Translations under genes and position numbers: made by a program
Source of the DNA: Desulfuromonadales bacterium
GTDB lineage: Bacteria > Desulfobacterota > Desulfuromonadia > Desulfuromonadales > SZUA-540
Direction of reading: 5' to 3'
DNA length: 62,571 bases
Assembly: GCA_033549025.1 (NCBI GenBank)
Contig: JAWSUS010000021.1
Location: forward strand, 1-62,571
Shown: positions 49,773-60,010 of the stretch, piece after piece
Numbering within the stretch: position 1 is the stretch's first letter
Layout of the letters: each line of letters starts with the position of its first letter
The notes under the pieces: model-generated
What the model was told of the DNA's origin: nothing
Databases searched by the model: none
What the model saw: only the letters and a program-made list of their open reading frames with translations

Positions 49773-52700
49773 TTAATTCTCCTTGAACAGATGGGTGGTG
49801 ATGCTCCCGGTCAGCCCCTGAGTCAGGCTGTGAGCGGAACGAACCCGGCCTACATCAAAAAAATAAACGCCGTCGTCGCCCCGGGCGGTACTGCGAGACC
49901 ACCAGATGACCTGGCGATTTGCCCCATCAAACACCTGGGCGGAGAAGTCGACCTTGGCATCTCCCAGTTGATCCTGGTAGTCGAAGACCTGACCGGAGAG
50001 AATGAGGTCGGCGCCGAGAGACGAAGTGCTGGCCAGAATGTCGGAAACCGCCAGCGAGGGGCCGGCCTGCATGATCAGGCGGTATTTGAGTAGATGTTCC
50101 CGCACCAGACCCGGCTCGAAGACCCGTACGTTTTCCAGAGAGTGCAGATTCTGCAGAAAATGCAGAGGGAGCACAAAGCCGGCGTTCTTGCGCGCATATT
50201 TGTTGAGAAAGGGCACTACCGCCACCGTATAGCTGGCCTCCGGGTCGAAATCGGGGGCACGGAAGCGCTCAGTCGGCTGGTATTTTCCCTTGCTGGCCGG
50301 CTCTTTGGTCGGTTGGCCGGCCAGGTAGGCGTCAAGCGAATCAAGCAGGCCCTCGACGGCCTCTCCCAGCAGTTGCTCGTGGGAAGTGATGCGACCCAGC
50401 CCCAATAACCCCGGCGCGTCATCGCCGGTGCGGGCGTCGCTGTCTATCCAGGCGATCTCCGGCATGCCGCCGCAGCGCACAAGACGGGTAGACAAGGCCA
50501 GGCGAGGCGGCGCCGCCTCCTGATAGCTTTCCAGGGAGGTGATGAAGACAGCCTGCGCCCCTGTCTCCGCTGCCAGGGCGCGGGAAAGCTCCTCACCAAT
50601 GCCGCCGGTGTAGCGCATGCGGTGCGCCTTCATGAAGTCGGTGAGGTCCTGCTTGGACAGCAGCCGGTAACCCCGCTGGCGCAGTTTTTCCTCGATGAAG
50701 GCGCCGATATCATCGACGGGTGCCTTGACGCCGGTCAGATTTTCCACAGGCAGCACGGCGATGAGGGAACTCTGGTCAATGGCCGGGGTGATGGTCACTT
50801 CAGCAGACCAGGGGCTTTCCTCCCGGTTGCCCTCGCCATCGATGGCGATCACTTTCATCCGGTAGGTTCCCGGTTTGTGCGGGGCCCAGTGCAATTCAGG
50901 CGAAGCGCCTTTCTGAATGACCTGTTCCCGGCCTTCCTTGAACGTTCTGAACTCGTAGGAAACCGTGCCCAGGCCGCCTGAGGCAAGCGCCTTCCAGACA
51001 AGTGGTTCAGCCAAAGCTGGCCGTGAAGCAGGCGCGGCGGAGGTTAGAGACTGCAGGGAAAGAGGAGGGACGACCTCCTTCCAGGGCGACCAGGGACTTT
51101 TTTCCTCGTTGCCCAACTGATCGACAATATCCACCTGAACGCGGTAGAAACCAGGCTCCTTCGGGTCCCAGACCCAGGAAGTAGCCCGGCCGGACTGTAC
51201 TTTTTCTAAGCCGCCGTCGCGTTTTTCCAGCCAGACGCTGGTGGACAACCCACCGACACCGCCGCTGGTTTCCACCGTCCAGGTGACGGGACCGTGCAGT
51301 TCGTATTGGTCCGAGATGTTGTCGGGTTGGGGAATCGAGACGTGCAGGGGTGGTGCGATGTGGAAGGCGGGGGACCAGTCCGTCGCGGTCTCGTTGCCGA
51401 GGGCATCAATGGCTCGCACCCGCAACTGAAACTGGCCGGCCTCTTCGGGCTGCCAGGTCCAACGCGTCTCGGGTCCAGTCTGTACCGTCAGCACATGGCC
51501 CTGCTGATCCTTCAGTTCAAAAACGGTATCGATGGGGGCAACGCCGCCGCTGACTTCGACGGACCAGAGCACCGGGACGGTCTGCGCCGCCTGCGGAGAG
51601 GGCTTGTCAGCTGCCAAGGTAGTCAGGGTGAGGGGCGGTTCCAAACGGACAGACTCGGTCCATTCGCTGACTGCTTCGTTGGCCAGACTGTCCGTCATCC
51701 GCGTTCGCAGACGATAATTCCCCGGTTGCTGCGGCTCCCAGGTCCAGCGCGGTTCAGAGGCAAATGGGGTGACGAGAGAGTTTCCTTCTTCATCCTGCAC
51801 CTCGAAGGCGAACCGCTGCTTACCGACGCCCCCTGTGCCTTCGGTTGTCCAGGGAACGGTCAGGGTTCCAGCCACCTGCGGGAAGGGGACAGACGTCCAG
51901 GGTTTTTGGAGGATCAGCGGCGGCACGATCGCATAGGGATCAGACCACTCGCTGAGCGCTTCGTTGCCATGCGAGTCCTTCACTTTGGCCTGAATCCGAT
52001 ATTCCCCTTTTTCCGCCGGCCACCAGAACCATTCAGGTTCTGTGATTGTTTCGGCCTGTCCGGTGGTTTCCTCGTCGCGGACCAGGGTAAAGGTATAGGT
52101 CTTGGGGCCGACCCCACCGATGGCTTTCACGGACCAGGCGACCAATCGGGTCAGGGCGGCCTGGGGAGCCGGGCGCGACGGCTGTGGTATTTCAATGCGC
52201 AGGGGCGGGGCGATGCCGAAAGGTTCCGACCAGTCACTGACAGATTTATTCCCCTTGGCGTCGGTCACCGTGACCCTCACCTGGTGAGGGCCGGGCCCCT
52301 CCGGCTTCCACAGCCATTCGGGCTGTGGGCTTTCCGGCATGTCGATGACCTTGTCGTCGGGCTGACGCAATGCAAAGGTATAGGTCTTGCCGTCGAAACC
52401 GCCCTTGGCCTGAACCGTCCAGGGAACCTCAACACTACCCAGCATCCGGGGCGGTACGATAACCGTATCCGGGTGGCTCACCTCGAGAGGGGGCACAATG
52501 CGGTAGAAGGTGGTCCATGGGCCAATGCGGCTGTTACCCTGTTCATCGCGAGCGATGGCCCGCACCTGGTAGAGGCCTTCTTCCTGCGGCTGCCAGCGCC
52601 AGGTGGTTTCAGCGCCGCTCTGCATGGTTTGGGGCGCTTCCCCGTTGCGGAGCAGTTCAAAAGTCAGGTCAAGATCGCCGATACCGCCGGTCGCCCGCAC

Positions 52701-53183
52701 CGACCAGGCGATGGGGAAGCTGCGAGCAGCCTGGGGCTGCTCGCGGTCAGGGCGGGGGATTTCGACAACCAGAGGCGGGGCGATGCGAAAGACACGAGAC
52801 CAGTCGCTGGTTGCCTGGTTGCCCAGAGCATCGACGGCCAGGGTGCGAACCCGATAGTCGCCGGCTGTCTCGGGCCGCCAAATCCAGCGGCTGTTCAGGC
52901 CCGTATCCATCCGCTGGACCGTCTTGCCGTCACGGGACAGTTCGAAGGACAAATTGATGGGGGCCTTGCCTCCCTGCGCCGCCGTGCTCCAGGTCACGAC
53001 ACCGGTGCCGACCGCCAGGGGAGAGACTTCCCGCGTTTGCGGGGGCGACAGCCGCAACTCTTCAACGCTCTCCGCCGGGGCGGCGGCAGCGGTCGGCTCC
53101 TGTGCGAAAGCCGTGGACGCCAGCAGAAGCAGGGCGGCCACAGCGGCACGGAGCTTATTGGAAGAGCTGATCGAGCAGATCAT
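49773..53183 (-). CDS. large exported protein: 8 tandem Ig-like repeats plus two CsgG/TolB-N-like domains
   Basis: ~96-aa repeats PPL..W....GG....W.W.P...G.Y..R....D..GN...S.W; IAVLPVEN and VAVVPFLN domains. Confidence 0.8.
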   Translation of the reverse strand: MICSISSSNKLRAAVAALLLLASTAFAQEPTAAAAPAESVEELRLSPPQTREVSPLAVGTGVVTWSTAAQGGKAPINLSFELSRDGKTVQRMDTGLNSRWIWRPETAGDYRVRTLAVDALGNQATSDWSRVFRIAPPLVVEIPRPDREQPQAARSFPIAWSVRATGGIGDLDLTFELLRNGEAPQTMQSGAETTWRWQPQEEGLYQVRAIARDEQGNSRIGPWTTFYRIVPPLEVSHPDTVIVPPRMLGSVEVPWTVQAKGGFDGKTYTFALRQPDDKVIDMPESPQPEWLWKPEGPGPHQVRVTVTDAKGNKSVSDWSEPFGIAPPLRIEIPQPSRPAPQAALTRLVAWSVKAIGGVGPKTYTFTLVRDEETTGQAETITEPEWFWWPAEKGEYRIQAKVKDSHGNEALSEWSDPYAIVPPLILQKPWTSVPFPQVAGTLTVPWTTEGTGGVGKQRFAFEVQDEEGNSLVTPFASEPRWTWEPQQPGNYRLRTRMTDSLANEAVSEWTESVRLEPPLTLTTLAADKPSPQAAQTVPVLWSVEVSGGVAPIDTVFELKDQQGHVLTVQTGPETRWTWQPEEAGQFQLRVRAIDALGNETATDWSPAFHIAPPLHVSIPQPDNISDQYELHGPVTWTVETSGGVGGLSTSVWLEKRDGGLEKVQSGRATSWVWDPKEPGFYRVQVDIVDQLGNEEKSPWSPWKEVVPPLSLQSLTSAAPASRPALAEPLVWKALASGGLGTVSYEFRTFKEGREQVIQKGASPELHWAPHKPGTYRMKVIAIDGEGNREESPWSAEVTITPAIDQSSLIAVLPVENLTGVKAPVDDIGAFIEEKLRQRGYRLLSKQDLTDFMKAHRMRYTGGIGEELSRALAAETGAQAVFITSLESYQEAAPPRLALSTRLVRCGGMPEIAWIDSDARTGDDAPGLLGLGRITSHEQLLGEAVEGLLDSLDAYLAGQPTKEPASKGKYQPTERFRAPDFDPEASYTVAVVPFLNKYARKNAGFVLPLHFLQNLHSLENVRVFEPGLVREHLLKYRLIMQAGPSLAVSDILASTSSLGADLILSGQVFDYQDQLGDAKVDFSAQVFDGANRQVIWWSRSTARGDDGVYFFDVGRVRSAHSLTQGLTGSITTHLFKEN

Positions 53184-53730
53184 TGACGGCCTCTTTGGTC
53201 ACTTCGTTCATGGGATCGCCGCCGCCGCCGAAGAGACGGTCGGAGAGAGTAATGCCCCCCTTGGTCGAAGCCCCCGACCAGACCACTGTGCCTGTTTCGA
53301 TTTCCATCATCTGCAGACTCAGTGAGATGATGTTGGCCTGGGTCTGGCCGGAGCGAACCTGGCCGTATTCCCGCAGTACGCCGGTAATGACGGCATCGAC
53401 GCCCAGTATTTTACCGATGGATTGAATCTTGTCGGATGGTGGGCTGGTCGGCTGGGGAATGCCGGCCCGGTCGATTCCACGCTGCACCTCGCCGGGTGGG
53501 AGTACATACATGGCTTCAGTCGCCAACAGCATGCCCATGTAAGTGTCGCGCACCCTGGCGGCGGCGTCGTCGTCCGTGGTCAGGTTTTCAAAGGGGAGCA
53601 CGGCGACACTCTGCACGGAGCCGAAATTCATGGTGGCGTTCTTGTAGGTCGCCTCTGACGAGGCGCAGGCAGTCAAAGCGAGCGCCAGCAGAAAGAGAGT
53701 GATGGTCCTGGGTAGTGTGGAGAGTTTCAT
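53155..53730 (-). CDS. CsgG/HfaB-like lipoprotein
   Basis: LTAC lipobox; VAVLPFENLT, LGVDAVITG, ETGTVVW. Confidence 0.78.
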   Translation of the reverse strand: MKLSTLPRTITLFLLALALTACASSEATYKNATMNFGSVQSVAVLPFENLTTDDDAAARVRDTYMGMLLATEAMYVLPPGEVQRGIDRAGIPQPTSPPSDKIQSIGKILGVDAVITGVLREYGQVRSGQTQANIISLSLQMMEIETGTVVWSGASTKGGITLSDRLFGGGGDPMNEVTKEAVNDLLDQLFQ

Positions 53731-53803
53731 GGCAATCCTCTTTATTTGTGAAACGTGTCAGGTGGAAGCGGGCCGCCGGGCGGCCGTCCTGGAATACCGA
53801 CAA

Positions 53804-55960
53804 TCAATTGGTGTAGATGCGTAAATTCACCATGACGGATTGGTAATCCGTCATTTCTTCACGAACTTCCTGGCTGCCAATATTGTACAACACCCTCAGG
53901 GTGGCCTCCTCCGTCACGCTCCAGACGAGGCTAGGCGTAAAGGTGCGACGCCAGTCTTCGTCTGTGTCGCCGTCCTCGTAATACGTTAGATTAAGCTGCA
54001 GGGTGCCATCGCGCAAGGGGAGCCAGCCTGCCCCGTACTCCCAATAGGTGTAGATGTCCTCTTCATTGCGCCGCTGCCGTACTTCGCCGTTGAGGCTGAG
54101 CGTATCCGTCGGGCTCCAGGTGGCCCGTACGCGGCCTGTCTCTCCCCGCTCCGTCGGTTCGTGCTCCTGCTGCTCCCAGCGAATGGAATAGTCGGCGATC
54201 AGGTTGAAGCGGGGATGAGGGATGAGGCTGTTTTGCAGGCGCACGAAAAAGGCGGAGGTGTCCTGCCCGGTAACGGAGTCCTGCCAGTTGTAGCCCTGGT
54301 CGAAGGAGATGTCCCAACCCCTGTACATTTCGGCGTTGGTGCGCAGGATGATAGTGTTGCTGACGCTTTTCCCCTCCGGTTCCTCGGTGCGCATGCCACT
54401 GTAGGTCAAACTCTGGTTCAGGGTCGGCAGGTAGCGGCCGGCAAGCTGGGCGCTGTAGTTGGTGGTGGCCGTGTCATGTTTCCACTGCTCCCAGGCATCG
54501 CTGCGCAGCAGGCGGGCCGTACCGGAAAAAATAGGATTGAAACGATGGATAAGGCTGAGACCGTTGCTCAGGCGCGCGCGCGTATCGTCAAAGAGATCGG
54601 TTTCGCGGTACTGGTAGGTTGCGTCGTACAGGATCTGGGTTTTGTCGGTAACCTTCCAGGACAGGCCGGCGTTGAGGTTCTGATAGGTCGAGGTGATTTC
54701 GGTGACATCGGCGGGCGGGGTGACGAATGCCCTTACGTCGCTGACCAGGATATCCGCCGTGATGCCCGAGGACGCCGGCAGGGCAAAGGTCGTCACTTTG
54801 ATAAACTCGGTGCTGACCTGGCTGGCGAGATCGATGCGGTAGAGGCTGTCCAGCGAATCGAGTACCTGAGTAGCTCCTATCTCCATCCAGTTTTCCTGAT
54901 CTTCACTGATGAAAACACGAAAATCGAAAGAGGTGGATGTCAGCCGATCCAAGGTTAGGTCGTCTGTCTGCAGGCTGACCTCGATAACGTCGACCTGGAT
55001 GCTTTCGCCGAAATCAAGGCCCATGCTGATGGGGGTCTGCGGCCCTGCCGGGCTGAGATTGATGGCATCGATGAAAGGTATCTCGCTGGATGGCGTATAA
55101 GGAGTCAAGGCCAGATCGGTATCCGTGGGGTCGGTGTCATTGAGCAGGAAAAAACCTTCACCCCTGGAGGTCGTTGGAATTTGCGATACTCCGCCCTGAA
55201 ATTCAATTGTGGAACGTTCCATGCGGGCGCCGGCACTAACGGTCAGACGGTTGTCATAAAAGTTGCGGGCGTAGCGTACCCGGCCGTTATGGGTCTGTGT
55301 CATGGCTTCGGTACCGGCTAGCTTCTGTTCTTCGTCACTACGCAGATAACTGTAAAGAAATTCCAGGTCCTCCCAGCGGTATTTGCTGCTCAGGCGATAA
55401 AACTCACTTTCATTGTCGCGAGTCAGAGGCTCGTCGTAGCGCAGAGTGCGGGCGTAGTCGAGTTCGAGGGTAGGCAGATCAACGGGGCGCCAGAAAAAGC
55501 GGGCGGTCGTGGTTTCCATGAAGTTTCGTTCGGTGGCGCTTCCTGTTGTTTTTGATCTAGCCTCCCGCTCCTCGTAGCCACCCGACAGGGTGAAGAGGGG
55601 CATCAGCCATTGCACATCGACATAGGGCCGTACGGTGGAACCTTCCGTGCGGGTTTTCAAGAAACCGGTTTCGGTGGATTCCGTTTCGTTGCGCAAATCG
55701 TTTTCTTCGAGCTGGGCGCCGCCATTTAAAAAGAGGGTGGGGCCGAGTTCCTTGGACAGGTCAAGCCGGTAAATTTGACTGAAACGCTGCGATTCCGAGT
55801 CGATGCGTTCCTGTTGACGGCGATCATTCGTATCCGAGCTGGTGCTGGTGTAAGTCCAGTCGCCGAGCAGTCGCAGGCTGTCGGCGTGGCCGGCGGCAGG
55901 CGTCAGGAAGCAGGTCAGCACAGTCAGATGGAGGCAGATGAGGACAGCGGTTCTGGTCAT
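53804..55960 (-). CDS. large outer-membrane beta-barrel protein
   Basis: Signal peptide; alternating aromatic/polar beta-strand pattern; position in the cytochrome cluster. Confidence 0.75.
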   Translation of the reverse strand: MTRTAVLICLHLTVLTCFLTPAAGHADSLRLLGDWTYTSTSSDTNDRRQQERIDSESQRFSQIYRLDLSKELGPTLFLNGGAQLEENDLRNETESTETGFLKTRTEGSTVRPYVDVQWLMPLFTLSGGYEEREARSKTTGSATERNFMETTTARFFWRPVDLPTLELDYARTLRYDEPLTRDNESEFYRLSSKYRWEDLEFLYSYLRSDEEQKLAGTEAMTQTHNGRVRYARNFYDNRLTVSAGARMERSTIEFQGGVSQIPTTSRGEGFFLLNDTDPTDTDLALTPYTPSSEIPFIDAINLSPAGPQTPISMGLDFGESIQVDVIEVSLQTDDLTLDRLTSTSFDFRVFISEDQENWMEIGATQVLDSLDSLYRIDLASQVSTEFIKVTTFALPASSGITADILVSDVRAFVTPPADVTEITSTYQNLNAGLSWKVTDKTQILYDATYQYRETDLFDDTRARLSNGLSLIHRFNPIFSGTARLLRSDAWEQWKHDTATTNYSAQLAGRYLPTLNQSLTYSGMRTEEPEGKSVSNTIILRTNAEMYRGWDISFDQGYNWQDSVTGQDTSAFFVRLQNSLIPHPRFNLIADYSIRWEQQEHEPTERGETGRVRATWSPTDTLSLNGEVRQRRNEEDIYTYWEYGAGWLPLRDGTLQLNLTYYEDGDTDEDWRRTFTPSLVWSVTEEATLRVLYNIGSQEVREEMTDYQSVMVNLRIYTN

Positions 55961-55968
55961 GATGAAGG

Positions 55969-57375
55969 CTAGTCACCCATGAGTACAGCGGCATAACTGC
56001 CAGACTCGGCCTCAAGTAGGCCGAGGCGTTTTTTGCTCACGAGGTCGTATTTGGCCACACGATCGTGGCGAGCGGACACAACGAAAAGAGCGTTTTCTTC
56101 CAAGTCGACATGGAGCCAGACGGCTTCTTCCTCCCCTTGCAGGGTGTCAATGGGCAGGCTAAGGCCTGGCTCAATAAAGGCGATTTCACCGGAGGCCATC
56201 CCCACGTAGACCAGGCCGCTGTGGGGGTTAACGGTGAGCGAGCGGGCCCCGTATCCGACCAGGATGCGGTCGGTCAACCTGAGGGAGGCAGCGTCCACTA
56301 CCAGCAGGTAGGGCGAGTCGGCCGTGATCAGGTAGAGCGAGCGTCCATCAGGGCTGGCGGCTCCACGGATAGGACTGAATTCCAGATTCGCCGAGGCAAT
56401 GATGTCCTGCCGATGGGTATCTACCAGAGCGACTGCGTTAATGTCGGGCTGCAGCAGATACACCAGAGTGCTGGAGGGACCGAAAAATACCGAGCCGGGC
56501 GCTGTCGTCAAGAGCAGGCGGCCTTGCTCGGCGAGGGGGGAGGTACTGACGACGCTCAGGCTGGCCGTCGCCGTATTGGCCGTCACCAGGGTGCGCCCGT
56601 CGGGCGCCAACGCCAGTTCACCGGGAGTGTCGCCGGCGCGCAAGCGCAGTTTGTCCTGGATTTTTTCGTTAATAAGGTCAATGGCAGCAAGGGTGTCGTC
56701 CCCAGCCAAGGCGACGTAGGCCCGGCGCTGCCGCGAATCGAGGACCAGGCCCTTGGGCTGGCGGCCGACGGCAAGAACACCAACTACCTGGGCCGACCTT
56801 TTCTCAAAGACACACAAGGTGCCAGCGGCACTGTTGCTGATCAGGCCTTTGAGCTCAGGCAGGGCGGGGAGTGACTTCCACAGGCTGAAAAGCGGCGTCA
56901 GCCGATAGCCGTCCGTTATCAACCGCTGGGGCTCCAAAGCCAGAAAGAGGGCCAGGGTGTTGTCCGGCAATACCCGAAAGTCTTCCTTAAGTAAAAAAGG
57001 TTCTTCAGAAACAAGCAGGGAAGTCATCCCCTCGTCCGTACGCAGATCGGCATTGGCAATCCGCAAACTCACACCCTGGTACTTTCCGGGCGGCAGGGTA
57101 CTCGCTAGCAGGCGCTTTTGCTTTTCCATTAGCCGGCTTCCGTCGAGGATCAAGGGCGGCGCCGTCAATGGTACGTGCGTCCCATCGGCTCGGATCGCAG
57201 CAAAATCCGTCAGGGTTAGCGTCAGGTTCTGCGCTTCCTGGGGTAGCGGTTGCAGATAAAGGCGCAGGCCATACGCCGGTTCGCTGACCGGAGGAGCCGA
57301 GGGCACGGCGGGAAGACTGCAGGCCGACAGCAAAAACGGCATCAGAATGACATAAAAAAGAGCCAGTCTTTTCAC
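55969..57375 (-). CDS. YncE/YVTN beta-propeller lipoprotein
   Basis: LSAC lipobox; VGRQPKGL, ASPDGRSLY, VGYGAR; GTG start with GGAG RBS. Confidence 0.8.
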   Translation of the reverse strand: MKRLALFYVILMPFLLSACSLPAVPSAPPVSEPAYGLRLYLQPLPQEAQNLTLTLTDFAAIRADGTHVPLTAPPLILDGSRLMEKQKRLLASTLPPGKYQGVSLRIANADLRTDEGMTSLLVSEEPFLLKEDFRVLPDNTLALFLALEPQRLITDGYRLTPLFSLWKSLPALPELKGLISNSAAGTLCVFEKRSAQVVGVLAVGRQPKGLVLDSRQRRAYVALAGDDTLAAIDLINEKIQDKLRLRAGDTPGELALAPDGRTLVTANTATASLSVVSTSPLAEQGRLLLTTAPGSVFFGPSSTLVYLLQPDINAVALVDTHRQDIIASANLEFSPIRGAASPDGRSLYLITADSPYLLVVDAASLRLTDRILVGYGARSLTVNPHSGLVYVGMASGEIAFIEPGLSLPIDTLQGEEEAVWLHVDLEENALFVVSARHDRVAKYDLVSKKRLGLLEAESGSYAAVLMGD

Positions 57376-57421
57376 GAGTACTCCAGTCGGTCGCGGTAAG
57401 ACCATGCAAGGGCTATCCTAA

Positions 57422-58597
57422 TCAGGGTGTTCCCTGCGGATGACACTTTTGGCAGAACGACCCCTGAGTGCTGCCGAATTCGATAGAAAGGTTCCGTCCG
57501 TAATAACTGTTGCTGACATCGGTGGCGGTGGCGCCGCTGTCACCGATAGCCGGATGCGAATTGGCCAGCAGTTCGGCGGTAAAGTCCCAGCGGCCGGCGT
57601 ACATGAAGGCCGAGGCGTGGGCGCGGTGGCAGGTCAGGCACATAACGTTGGCGGTGGCATCGGGCCCCTGGGTACTTGTGGGGTCGAGCAGGGCCGTGCT
57701 GGTGGTTCCCCGTTCAAAGGGAACAAACTGTAGGTAGGCCGTGGCCGCGATGCCGCTGAGATCGCCGGTACGGATGTAGCTGTTGTAGTTGGCGGCGATC
57801 TCAGCTTCTAAGCGCGCATCCAGACCAATGGGGTGTCCAAATGTGCCATTTCCCACTTGATGTGCGTTGGTGAGCATGGCGCCATGGCAATTGCCGCACC
57901 ATTCGCTGATGCCGGCACCGTAATCGACATGAGAAGTGTCCGATTCGCCGAAGGGATGGACGGGGTTCTGTCGGGCTACAGGGGCATCGTATGTAAAGGC
58001 AAAGCCGTTGTTGACATAGTCGGAGCCGCCGAGCAGGCGGTAGTTGCCGGCACGCGTGCCCGCAGCCGGGTCTTCCCCATAGGAGCCGGAAACGGAAATG
58101 GGAGCGCCGGTGCCGTTGAGTCGGCCGCCATGGGGGTCATGGCAGCTGATGCAGGTCAGCGCGGCGGCGGGGTAGGAACCGCCCGGCGCGTTGACTTTGT
58201 TGGGGTCGGCCGTAAGACCGAAATCGCTGGCGACGATATTATGACCGTGACGGGCGGCGGGGCTGGTGCCGCCGGACCAGCTGAAGGTCTTGGTGACCCA
58301 GTAAAAATCTCCCCCGGGGGTGAGAGCCGAGCCGTCAAAGCTGTAGACGGCAGCCGAAGTGGGGCCGCCGGAGCCGGCATGGCAGTTCAGGCAGAGGGAA
58401 CTGGCATCGGAGGCCCGCAGCAGCCAGGCACCGGAACCGGTTGTCAGGGGGTGACCGTCTTCCGAGTGGTGCATGCTGTGGCAGCCGTTGCACGAACCGG
58501 CACCGCCTGAGTGAAAGGCGGCAGCTTCTTTGCCGTAAAGCGTGACGAGAAGCAGTGCGGTTATGGCAGCCAGAGATGTCAGGATAGACTTGTTCAT
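57422..58597 (-). CDS. OmcS/OmcT-family hexaheme cytochrome (second paralog)
   Basis: AFHSGG.GSCNGCHSMH, TPGGDFYW, GHNIVA.DF, APGGSYP, CHRAHASAF; 6 CxxCH. Confidence 0.9.
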   Translation of the reverse strand: MNKSILTSLAAITALLLVTLYGKEAAAFHSGGAGSCNGCHSMHHSEDGHPLTTGSGAWLLRASDASSLCLNCHAGSGGPTSAAVYSFDGSALTPGGDFYWVTKTFSWSGGTSPAARHGHNIVASDFGLTADPNKVNAPGGSYPAAALTCISCHDPHGGRLNGTGAPISVSGSYGEDPAAGTRAGNYRLLGGSDYVNNGFAFTYDAPVARQNPVHPFGESDTSHVDYGAGISEWCGNCHGAMLTNAHQVGNGTFGHPIGLDARLEAEIAANYNSYIRTGDLSGIAATAYLQFVPFERGTTSTALLDPTSTQGPDATANVMCLTCHRAHASAFMYAGRWDFTAELLANSHPAIGDSGATATDVSNSYYGRNLSIEFGSTQGSFCQKCHPQGTP

Positions 58598-58653
58598 GGC
58601 ACCCGGATAAAGTTGAGGTATGGCAGTAGATATTTTGGGCGGTGCAGTCTAGG

Positions 58654-58691
58654 GAAAAAGAGGGCTGGCGACTTAAAAAACCGCCAGCCCT
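58654..58691 (-). terminator. intrinsic terminator/stabiliser hairpin after omcS
   Basis: AGGGCTGGCG...CGCCAGCCCT followed by CTTTTT on the minus strand. Confidence 0.75.
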
Positions 58692-58738
58692 TTATAAGTA
58701 TTACAGGTAAAACATCTTATGCCATGTCTTGCCGGCGA

Positions 58739-59893
58739 TTAATCCTGTACGTGGCACTTGTTGCACAGGGAACGCTGATAGTGACCGTAACCGTTGGTGA
58801 AGGGGGTGCCGGCCGGGTCGAATACAGCCACGTCCACTTCGACGCCGTGCTTGTAGTATTCCTTGGCTGCTGCCGTGGGCAGAACGGCGCCCGTACCAGT
58901 CAGAGTAGTCCAGCTTTCAGCGATGAAGGCTTCGGTCATATCCCAGCGCAGAGCGTTGGGGAAGGCCGAGGCATGGGCGCGGTGACAGGAGAGGCACATA
59001 ACTTGGGAGCTGCCGTCGACACCAACGCCGGCGGTTGCCGCGTCAGTCGGATCGGGCAGATCCCAGGAACCGGTGGTCACGCCGCGCTCAAAAGGAACCA
59101 GGGGATCGTAGGCGGTGGCGACGGTCCCGGTGTAGTTACCGGTAGCAACATAGCTGTTGTAGACGGTCGGTACGGTGACGTCGGTCGGATGCATGCCGTT
59201 GGAAGAGCTCTGGCTGTAGAAAGAGCCGTGACAGTTGGCGCACCAGCCGGCCATGCCGCTGCCGTACTGGGTGGATTTGCCGTCATAGCTGTTGGCGCGG
59301 GCGATAGGAGCGTCTTCTGAGAAGCCGACCTTGTTGCTGTCATAGAGGATGCGGTAGTTACCGGCGATGGTGCCTGCTTCGGGAACGGCGCCATAGGAAC
59401 CGGATACGGAGATGGGCGCGGCGCCACCGACGGTGCCACCCTGGGCCTGACCGTGGGGGTCATGGCAGCTAGTGCAGGAAAGATCGGCAGCGAGATAGGA
59501 GCCGCCAGGAGCGGCGCTCAGGTTGGCGTCAACCGCGATGCCGAAGTCGGCGGCGATGGTGTTGTGACCAGCATTGCTGAAATCAAAGGTTATGGGGCTG
59601 TTGCGTACAACATAAATGTATCCATTGTCTTTAACCCAGTGGAAGTCACCACCTTCGTTGCTGTTGCTGCCGTCGGCGCTGCTGACGTGATAGCGGGCGG
59701 CCCCATTGTGGCAGTTGAGGCAGGTGGAGCTGGCGTCAGAGCCTTTCTGCAGGGCCGGGCCGCTAGCGGCGCCGCCGTGCATGGAGTGACAGCCGTCGCA
59801 GTGAGCAACGCCGCCGTCATGGAAGGCCAGGGCCAACCCGCTCATGGCGAATGTAAACAGAATGGCAGAACAGATAACAAAAAACTTCTTCAT
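58739..59893 (-). CDS. omcS: OmcS-family hexaheme nanowire cytochrome
   Basis: AFHDGGVAHCDGCHSMH, GGDFHW, GHN.IAADF, WCANCH, VPFE, CLSCHRAHAS, QRSLCNKCH; 6 CxxCH; CAGGAGG RBS. Confidence 0.9.
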   Translation of the reverse strand: MKKFFVICSAILFTFAMSGLALAFHDGGVAHCDGCHSMHGGAASGPALQKGSDASSTCLNCHNGAARYHVSSADGSNSNEGGDFHWVKDNGYIYVVRNSPITFDFSNAGHNTIAADFGIAVDANLSAAPGGSYLAADLSCTSCHDPHGQAQGGTVGGAAPISVSGSYGAVPEAGTIAGNYRILYDSNKVGFSEDAPIARANSYDGKSTQYGSGMAGWCANCHGSFYSQSSSNGMHPTDVTVPTVYNSYVATGNYTGTVATAYDPLVPFERGVTTGSWDLPDPTDAATAGVGVDGSSQVMCLSCHRAHASAFPNALRWDMTEAFIAESWTTLTGTGAVLPTAAAKEYYKHGVEVDVAVFDPAGTPFTNGYGHYQRSLCNKCHVQD

Positions 59894-59926
59894 TTTTGGA
59901 TCCTCCTGAAAATCTTTTAGATTGGG

Positions 59927-60010
59927 TCCGAACAGCCCAGCCATCCCCTTCCCCTGAAGTGGATCTGTGACTTTGTGTCCCCACCTCGCGATGGGTTTAC
60001 CTTTTTCGGA
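59927..60010 (-). ncRNA. variant GEMM-I (cyclic dinucleotide) riboswitch aptamer upstream of omcS
   Basis: TCCGAAAAAGGTAAACCCATCGCGAGGTGGGGACACAAAGTCACAGATCC...GGATGGCTGGGCTGTTCGGA; P2/P3 with compensatory changes. Confidence 0.8.
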
